Assembly: GCA_029564175.1 (NCBI GenBank) | Contig: JAKQQL010000241.1 | Span: forward strand, 1-54,884 | Length of the DNA stretch: 54,884 nt | Direction: 5' to 3' | Origin: Candidatus Cloacimonadota bacterium | GTDB lineage: Bacteria > Cloacimonadota > Cloacimonadia > Cloacimonadales > WRIO01 | Shown: positions 48,374-54,884 of the stretch, one piece after another | Layout: every line of letters begins with the position of its first letter | Position numbering within the stretch: the first letter of the stretch is position 1 | Notes under the pieces: model-generated | Database searches by the model: none | Told to the model about the DNA's origin: nothing | Seen by the model: the letters and a program-made list of their open reading frames with translations, nothing else | Made by a program: the position numbers and the translations under genes

Positions 48374-48808
48374 TTATCCTTTCACTCTGTTAAATCGCAT
48401 TTCTGCATATTTGCTTTTAAAACCAAGCTTTTCATATAAGATTTTTGCAGGATTATCATATTCAACATGTAAAGCAATGTCTCCCTGACTTTCTTTTTTA
48501 GCTTTTTCTATAAGCTCTTTTCCTATACCCTGACCTCGATACTCTTTATCAACTGCAATATAAACCAAAATATTTTCTGGAATAAATGAGCTCATACCTG
48601 TTTTATTCATTACAAGAACACCGGCTAATATTTCTTTCTGATATGCAAGTAAAACGAACCCCCCTTTTCCTGATTCACTAGAAAAAGCATAATCAATTGA
48701 CTTCTTTATTGCATCTTTATCGTCTCTATACTTTTCAAGGTTTTTGTGTAAAAAATCTACAATAAAATCAATATTTTCCCCATGATTGAGTGTTCTAAGT
48801 TCTAACAT
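48374..48808 (-). CDS. GNAT N-acetyltransferase
   Basis: YIAVDKEYRGQGIG (AcCoA motif), LHVEYDNPA..LYEKLGF. Confidence 0.92.
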   Translation of the reverse strand: MLELRTLNHGENIDFIVDFLHKNLEKYRDDKDAIKKSIDYAFSSESGKGGFVLLAYQKEILAGVLVMNKTGMSSFIPENILVYIAVDKEYRGQGIGKELIEKAKKESQGDIALHVEYDNPAKILYEKLGFKSKYAEMRFNRVKG

Positions 48809-49012
48809 AAAAGCTCCTTTTTAGCATTTATAATATTATAACTCATTTAATTCCAAATAGTTTCAAAGATTTTATCTGTTATATATGTCAAAATTTTTAT
48901 AATACGCTATATTATGATCTTTATACGACTTGAATCACTTCCCAACAAGATAGTATGAAAAGATTGCTAATCATATATCTTAGAGAATCAATCTATATAC
49001 TTTATCAAAGGT

Positions 49013-50026
49013 TCAATTCAGATCAATAATATTCGTATCGTCTATATACTTTCTGGTTTTATATTCGGTAATGGTACGAATCTTGGAAGTAATCTCTACA
49101 ATTCGTTCAACATTGGAAATGATCGTAGAAATGCTTTTCTTTAAAGAAGGGTCAGCATCTGCTTTTGCATTTAACAGTTCACAATGTCCTAAAATAATCT
49201 GTAGGGGCTGATTCATTTCATGAGAAACAGTGCCAGCAATCTCAAGAATACTTTTTAATTTTTCAGTATAGAGCTTTTCTTCTTCCGCTTTTTTCTTCAG
49301 AGAGATATCTTCTCCGACTTTTACATAATGCGTTACTTCCCCTGATTGATTAAATAATGGAGCGATAGAAGCAGATTCCCAGTAATAACTGCCATCTTTA
49401 TTCTTGTTATAAAATTCACCACTCCATTTTTCTCCATTATAAAGACATTCCCAAAGCTTTTCATAAAACAGTTTATCCTGATGACCTGAATGGAAAATGC
49501 TGGGTTTCTTCCCCTTTATTTCATCATTGGAGTATCCTGAAATCTCTGTTAATTTTGGATTGGCATATTCTATTATACCTTCTTTATTCGTAATCAAAAT
49601 CAGACTGGGGCTTTGTTCAACAGCCTGAATCATTTTATTGAGCATGTGTTCCTGTTCTTTTCGATTTATGGCAGAGTTACAAGCAACCGGAATCATTTTC
49701 AGATAAGTACGATCATGGTCTTTAATCAGAAAATCATAAGCACCAGCCTTCATACTGTTTACAGCCAGTTCCACATCCTTTGCACCGGTGATAATCACTA
49801 AAGGGATATCTTTATAGTTTGACATAAACTGCAAGCCATCCCCATCTCCCAGATGATAATCAGTTACAATCACATTTATTGGATGCTGATTTAAAACAGA
49901 AACTGCTTCCTGATAAGAGCCAGTATAAAAAAATTGATAGAGATCTTCGTAATCTTTTAGAAAACGTTGTAGAACTTTTCTGTCTATGATATCATCTTCA
50001 ACTAATAATATACTACGTGTTTCCAT
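49013..50026 (-). CDS. REC-PAS-HisKA signalling protein without an ATPase domain
   Basis: Receiver (LLVEDD, TDYHL, FLIK), PAS/PAC (EYANP..GY..GKKP..YYWESASI), H-box SHEMNQPL; protein ends about 65 aa later. Confidence 0.88.
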   Translation of the reverse strand: METRSILLVEDDIIDRKVLQRFLKDYEDLYQFFYTGSYQEAVSVLNQHPINVIVTDYHLGDGDGLQFMSNYKDIPLVIITGAKDVELAVNSMKAGAYDFLIKDHDRTYLKMIPVACNSAINRKEQEHMLNKMIQAVEQSPSLILITNKEGIIEYANPKLTEISGYSNDEIKGKKPSIFHSGHQDKLFYEKLWECLYNGEKWSGEFYNKNKDGSYYWESASIAPLFNQSGEVTHYVKVGEDISLKKKAEEEKLYTEKLKSILEIAGTVSHEMNQPLQIILGHCELLNAKADADPSLKKSISTIISNVERIVEITSKIRTITEYKTRKYIDDTNIIDLN

Positions 50027-50035
50027 ATTCTCTCC

Positions 50036-50449
50036 TTAATTTCCCATCACCTGTGTATCCCAATAATTAAAGGTAATTTCTAAAGCACGAGCAAAATCAT
50101 CATTATCTACGGCTTTATGAATATAACCTTTAGCACCTAAACGATATGCCTGTTTCACATCATTATCCTCAACAGAAGTCGTAACCACTACGACAGGAAT
50201 ATGATTCAGCGATTGATTGAGTTTAACTTTATCAAGAAACTCAAATCCGTTGAGCTTTGGTGTGTTCAGATCAAGTAATATGATACCTACTGGAATATGA
50301 GAATTCTGTTCTGAGAATTCTAGAAATTCTTCTCCATTTTGAAAAATAAACAGAGTATTAGTAATTTCCAATTCTTTCAGATATCTTTTTATTGCCATGA
50401 TATCAACCTGATCGTCTTCTATCAGAATAATAGATTTATTGTTTAACAT
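50036..50449 (-). CDS. Single-domain response regulator (Rcp1-like)
   Basis: LIEDD, LLDLNTPKLNG, IPVVVVTTS, AY.LGA.GYI.K, YW. Confidence 0.92.
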   Translation of the reverse strand: MLNNKSIILIEDDQVDIMAIKRYLKELEITNTLFIFQNGEEFLEFSEQNSHIPVGIILLDLNTPKLNGFEFLDKVKLNQSLNHIPVVVVTTSVEDNDVKQAYRLGAKGYIHKAVDNDDFARALEITFNYWDTQVMGN

Positions 50450-50682
50450 TTCTACTCCTGATTACAGGATATTAAAAAAATCATAATTGTCAAGTATAAA
50501 TATGAGCCAATTTACAGATAATCTTTAAGTAAAATTATTGTCCTTCACTAATTGTATCAGGATTTACTAAGCAAAGAGCAAAAAAACAGAAAAATTAGAA
50601 AGTGGCTGGTTTTATTATGTAATCAATTTGATTTTTTTAAAAAGCACCGTTTTGTCAGGGTAATAAATATAGAAGGGACAAA

Positions 50683-50698
50683 TGGCACAGGCTATGCA
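50683..50698 (+). promoter_or_regulatory. Putative sigma54 (-24/-12) promoter of fliD
   Basis: TGGCACAGGCTATGCA: GG-N10-GC spacing, 135 nt upstream of the ATG. Confidence 0.65.
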
Positions 50699-50833
50699 CA
50701 TAATGTAACTATCGAGTTGATTTAATCAGAAATTTTTTCTCATTTATACTTTTTTGGTAAAATCTGAAGAAAATAATTCGATATATTAGCAGAGAGTGAT
50801 AGCTGGGAACAGAAAAAAAGAAAAGGAGTTTGA

Positions 50834-53152
50834 ATGTCTGGTGATATTAAAATAACGGGTTTAGCAACCGGAATAGATTTTGAAGAAATGACCACTAAAC
50901 TGGTTGAAGCAGAAGCATACCAGGCTAAAAAGCTGGAAACATGGAAAACAACCTGGCAAAAGAAAATTGATGCATTGACAGAGTTAAATACAAAAATTTC
51001 TTCAATCATAACAGCCAATAATTCCCTTAAAACCAGAAGCAGTTTTGTTACCCGACTTTCTTCCAGCAGTTCTAGTTCAGTTGCAGATATTGCAGTGGAC
51101 AGTTCTACTCCCTTAGGTTCGTATAAGCTGGAAGTAGCCAGCTCAGTTAATCACAAAACAGCTTCAAAAGGCGTTGAAAGTTTAGACGTTTCTGTTGCTC
51201 AAGTAGATAGTACTTTAAAATTCAATGACGGAGAAGGAAATACAATCGAAGTAAATTTAACAATTGGCATGACTCTGGAAGATGTAAGAGATGCCATTGA
51301 TAATGAATTATCAGCTCAGGGTTCAAATGCCAGTGTGTCTATATCCAATGATAATTCCTCAACAAATCCATACCGCTTAGTCATTACAGCAGGTACTTCA
51401 GGTACTTCAGGGAAAATCACCTTTGAACAAGATGACACCGATCTTAAATTTATGGAGACTTCATACGACAGTGATTTTGAAACTGTAAAAGGGTCATCAT
51501 TCTCAATTATAGATCCTGCCGGCACTTATACCGGCAATGTGAATAAACGACTTCAGTTTAAGATATTGGACAGTGGTACTGTTGGCACTAACAATATTCG
51601 TATTCAATGGACAGACCTGACAACGAATGAATCATCAACAATAACAGTCGCATCGGCCGGAGAAATTGCAATTACACAAGGATTTAAACTCAATATTGGA
51701 GCTGGATCTCTGACAAAAAATGACGAGTTTGCCATAGATTTGATGCACCCTGATATACAGAAAGCTCAGAATACAGGTCTTGCACAGACTGCACGTCTGT
51801 CTCATCAAGGATTAAGTTCAGCAAAAGCCAGTGTTACTTCAGCTTCAGGTACGTTTGCCTATTCTTATGCTGGAAATACCATAACGCCTTTACAGATACC
51901 TGCCAATACCACACTTGAAGGACTTGTAAAAATAATCAATGAAGATGCAGGAAATCCCGGCGTAGTGGCTTCAATTGTTAATGATGGTTTAGGAACTGCA
52001 CAGTCCTATCACCTTGTTTTAACAGGCAAAGATTCTGGTGCTGATTATCAAATCAATATGAGTTCCTCCACTTTAAGCAATATTGATGCATCTGATTTTG
52101 AAACCACCCGTGAGGCAACCAATGCCATGGTAAAAATAGACGATTACCCTTCTGATTCAGACTCATGGATTCAAAAGTCAAACAACCTCATAACTGACCT
52201 GATCCCAGACGCATCAATCTCATTAAAAACATCTGGCACAACCAGTTTTTCAATCAGCAATGATACTGAGACCATGGCAGATAAAGTAGAAGCTTTTGTA
52301 GATGCATACAATGAAGCACTCAGTTATATCAACAGCATCACAAAAGTTGTTTTGGATGAGGATTCAGAGGCAGTGATTGATAAAGGCGGGATACTTGTTG
52401 GCAATTATGGTGTGAATATTGTAAAAACGAGATTAAAAACATTTATCGGTCAAAGAGCAAATGGATTTGACAGTGTAAATGATGACATTAGTCTTTTAAC
52501 TCAGGTAGGTATAACCACTGGTTCAGACAATCTGATAGACTTCGACAGAGAAGCATTTATGCAGCAATTAAATGAAAACCCCGATGATGTAATCAATTTA
52601 TTCTCTGCAGATAATATGGGTGTTACAGATAATGCCACTTTCAATTACGCATCAGGTTTGAGTACCACTAAAGCCGGAGAATATGAAATAGAAGCGACGT
52701 TTAACGATAATGATTTAAGCTTTGTAAAATATCGAAAAAAAGGTGATAGCACATGGTACACATCAACTGGTAACAAAGATATTAAAATTTCAGAGGACAA
52801 ATCCTATTTCACTATTTTCAATGGAGATGCACGAGGTGTTATGATTAACACTGCAAATGGCGGAACAGGCACACAAACGACAGTTATGAACATCAAAGAA
52901 GGGAAATCACGTACTTTTGACAACGATATGGATATTCTTTTAGATGATGACACAGGAACTACTAAAGTTTTAACCAAAAACTACGAAAGTATAATAGAGA
53001 ATATTGATAAGAGGATAGTTCGTGAAAATATGAGACTAGAACAAATTAAAAGTCGTTTAACTGAAAGATTTGGAAGACTGGAAGCCAGCATGCAAGAGCT
53101 TCAGGGTCAAATGAGCAGACTTCAGTCTCAAATTGCGTCTATGACAAGTTAA
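50834..53152 (+). CDS. fliD: Flagellar filament cap protein FliD (extended)
   Basis: GLATGID..KLVEAE N-terminus, SNNLITDLIP, FVDAYN, C-terminal coiled coil RL.ERF.RLE; next to fliS. Confidence 0.92.
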   Translation: MSGDIKITGLATGIDFEEMTTKLVEAEAYQAKKLETWKTTWQKKIDALTELNTKISSIITANNSLKTRSSFVTRLSSSSSSSVADIAVDSSTPLGSYKLEVASSVNHKTASKGVESLDVSVAQVDSTLKFNDGEGNTIEVNLTIGMTLEDVRDAIDNELSAQGSNASVSISNDNSSTNPYRLVITAGTSGTSGKITFEQDDTDLKFMETSYDSDFETVKGSSFSIIDPAGTYTGNVNKRLQFKILDSGTVGTNNIRIQWTDLTTNESSTITVASAGEIAITQGFKLNIGAGSLTKNDEFAIDLMHPDIQKAQNTGLAQTARLSHQGLSSAKASVTSASGTFAYSYAGNTITPLQIPANTTLEGLVKIINEDAGNPGVVASIVNDGLGTAQSYHLVLTGKDSGADYQINMSSSTLSNIDASDFETTREATNAMVKIDDYPSDSDSWIQKSNNLITDLIPDASISLKTSGTTSFSISNDTETMADKVEAFVDAYNEALSYINSITKVVLDEDSEAVIDKGGILVGNYGVNIVKTRLKTFIGQRANGFDSVNDDISLLTQVGITTGSDNLIDFDREAFMQQLNENPDDVINLFSADNMGVTDNATFNYASGLSTTKAGEYEIEATFNDNDLSFVKYRKKGDSTWYTSTGNKDIKISEDKSYFTIFNGDARGVMINTANGGTGTQTTVMNIKEGKSRTFDNDMDILLDDDTGTTKVLTKNYESIIENIDKRIVRENMRLEQIKSRLTERFGRLEASMQELQGQMSRLQSQIASMTS

Positions 53153-53161
53153 GGAGGAATA

Positions 53162-53596
53162 ATGGATAACCGATACCAGGCATATCGCCAGGTTGACATT
53201 AACACAACCAACCGTGGTAAAATAGTAGTGATGCTCTATTCAGGTGCGATTACATTTCTGAATAAAGCAAAACTCTACATGGAGAAAAATGACTTTGTCA
53301 ACAAAGGAAAATACATCATCAAAGCACAGAACATCATTGATGAGCTGAACTATTCTCTTGATATGGAAAAAGGTCAGGATATCTCCAAAAATCTCAGATC
53401 CATTTATACCTTCCTGAACCGATATCTGTCGCAAGCGAATGTTCAATGTAAACCCGAAATGCTTGACAAAGCAATCCATATCCTGGATAGATTCAAAACA
53501 GCTTTTGAGGAAATTGTAAACAATCCAGAACTCAGCGAAGCGCAAGATATCAAGAAAAAAGAACAAATTACACATGCTATCAGAAAATTAGTATAA
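53162..53596 (+). CDS. fliS: Flagellin export chaperone FliS
   Basis: YQAY....INT, VMLYSGAI.FL, IIDEL..SLDMEKG.DIS.NL.SIY. Confidence 0.95.
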   Translation: MDNRYQAYRQVDINTTNRGKIVVMLYSGAITFLNKAKLYMEKNDFVNKGKYIIKAQNIIDELNYSLDMEKGQDISKNLRSIYTFLNRYLSQANVQCKPEMLDKAIHILDRFKTAFEEIVNNPELSEAQDIKKKEQITHAIRKLV

Positions 53597-53601
53597 TGTA
53601 C

Positions 53602-53630
53602 TTGACAAAACACTTTAAATTATTTAAAGT
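53602..53630 (+). promoter_or_regulatory. Putative internal sigma70 promoter
   Basis: TTGACA-N17-TAAAGT just before the GGAGG RBS of the 53649 gene. Confidence 0.6.
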
Positions 53631-53648
53631 AGCCATTGGAGGAATAAA

Positions 53649-54185
53649 ATGACCGTAGATAAAATTAACACCGGAATCAACACCCGGCAGATACTGAATG
53701 AACGGTTGAAAGAGGCTACTTCAGGGAAGAAGACAAATATCCATCAGCTGGATAATAATGAGGCAAAGGATGCTTCCAAAATTGACAAAGAAACAATCGT
53801 TTTTTCTGATGATGCAAAGAAATTACAGGAAACCGAAGTCATACTTAGAAATGCTTTACAAAAATTACATGAAATGGACGAAGTCCATGATGATGCTTTA
53901 TCAGAATTTTCTGACAAAATTAATGAACATTTCTATGAAAACAACAATGAAGTGAATATCGGTATAGCCGATTTGATTATGCCTGAAGAAGAAATGCGCC
54001 ATAATATCCAGATGCGTTTCAAGGCAGAAGAATTTATTGACGACATTAAGGAGTTTGATGAGGAAAATCCACCAATAGATTTCAACAAATTAAATCAGAT
54101 TAAAGCAAAAATTGCTAATGGATTTTATAACCAGGATGAAGTCTTATCAGATATCGCTGACAATATCTTATCTATAATGTCATAA
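53649..54185 (+). CDS. flgM: FlgM-like anti-sigma28 factor with a duplicated C-terminal domain
   Basis: IVFSDDAKKL N-terminal motif; C-terminal KLNQIKAKIANGFY....IADNIL; an earlier degenerate copy; flagellar context. Confidence 0.62.
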   Translation: MTVDKINTGINTRQILNERLKEATSGKKTNIHQLDNNEAKDASKIDKETIVFSDDAKKLQETEVILRNALQKLHEMDEVHDDALSEFSDKINEHFYENNNEVNIGIADLIMPEEEMRHNIQMRFKAEEFIDDIKEFDEENPPIDFNKLNQIKAKIANGFYNQDEVLSDIADNILSIMS

Positions 54186-54187
54186 AT

Positions 54188-54616
54188 ATGCCACTGGAAA
54201 AAATCCATCTCACACTCTTAAAAGAGTATATTGACGAATTAATCGTCAATTCTGGTATTATTAAGGTCAATAATCCAGAACGTGTCATTGAAAAAGTTAA
54301 AATTGACTTTTTAGTCAAACTGGCTTTTCGTTTTTACAGCAAGCTTTACAATTCTGAGAAGTATTCTACCCTCCTTTATGAAACCATAAATAAAATGAAA
54401 AATGAGAAAGAGTATGATCATGCTGTTTTTCAAAATCTGATGTTAGAAATTCAAAATGGAAATCATGATCAAACAGTACAATGTCTAAACTGTAATGCCC
54501 TTATCGACTCAAAATATCTCATACAGTCAGGGGATAATATGCCTCTATGTGAAGCATGTAAAGAATATATTGGTCAGGAGATAGATATTTGGGAAAAAGT
54601 ATTTGGAGATAATTAA
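54188..54616 (+). CDS. Hypothetical protein with a C-terminal 4-Cys zinc finger
   Basis: CLNC...CEAC; starts 2 nt after the flgM-like gene. Confidence 0.72.
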   Translation: MPLEKIHLTLLKEYIDELIVNSGIIKVNNPERVIEKVKIDFLVKLAFRFYSKLYNSEKYSTLLYETINKMKNEKEYDHAVFQNLMLEIQNGNHDQTVQCLNCNALIDSKYLIQSGDNMPLCEACKEYIGQEIDIWEKVFGDN

Positions 54617-54884
54617 AACAGGGATATTTACCTTTTTGGACAGTTTTTTTTATAATGACGGGATATGAAAATCTATTTTTAAATAAGCCTTTGATGAGAA
54701 AATATATTTTTATCTCACTTCAATCGGTTTACATTTTAAATCCCAGGCATACCCCGAAAAATTATAAGCTTGAATTCTTTAAATACTCAAATTTCCTGCA
54801 TTTAAGCATAAAAATAAAGCATAGACAAGAAATTATTCACAAAACTCTCAAATACTGGCATAATTTGCATTCAGTTTTGTTTTT

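Noticed and set aside
54856..54869. TGGCATAATTTGCA sigma54-like motif at the window end
   Set aside because: GG-to-GC spacing is 8, not 10; the downstream context is outside the window.

Overview
AT-rich bacterial chromosomal segment, most likely from Candidatus Cloacimonadota or a related FCB-group anaerobe. That placement is inferred from a SprA-type translocon plus a secreted protein ending in the 'NYPNP...IFNIKGQKVRTL...ASGIFLYR' FlgD-like sorting domain. About 35 genes are supported. They include many peptidases (DacB, two TldD/PmbA pairs, M16, M20, M17 PepA, M23, a YugP-like Zn peptidase), ppdK, coaX, rsmI, a YfhO-family membrane protein, a MATE pump, FdhD/TtcA, a GNAT + PLP-racemase pair, two response regulators and a fliD-fliS-flgM-like flagellar block with a sigma54 motif. 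No rRNA, tRNA, CRISPR array or transposase gene was seen. The intergenic gaps carry the less ordinary signals: (i) a ~133-bp MITE family inserted into 4-nt hairpin loops, including the loop of its own copies (nested at two loci); (ii) an intact 284-bp GTAA-ended MITE with an 8-bp target duplication; (iii) a 51-codon leader ORF with a (TA)8 tract upstream of a secreted-protein operon; (iv) two copies of an 11-bp-phased ATAAGGA array; (v) inverted arrays of 9-10-nt-periodic repeats that bracket REP-rich gaps. Two coding oddities are a probable ATT start for the Mut7-C gene and an apparently tandem FlgM. All family assignments come from motif recognition by eye; no database search was run.
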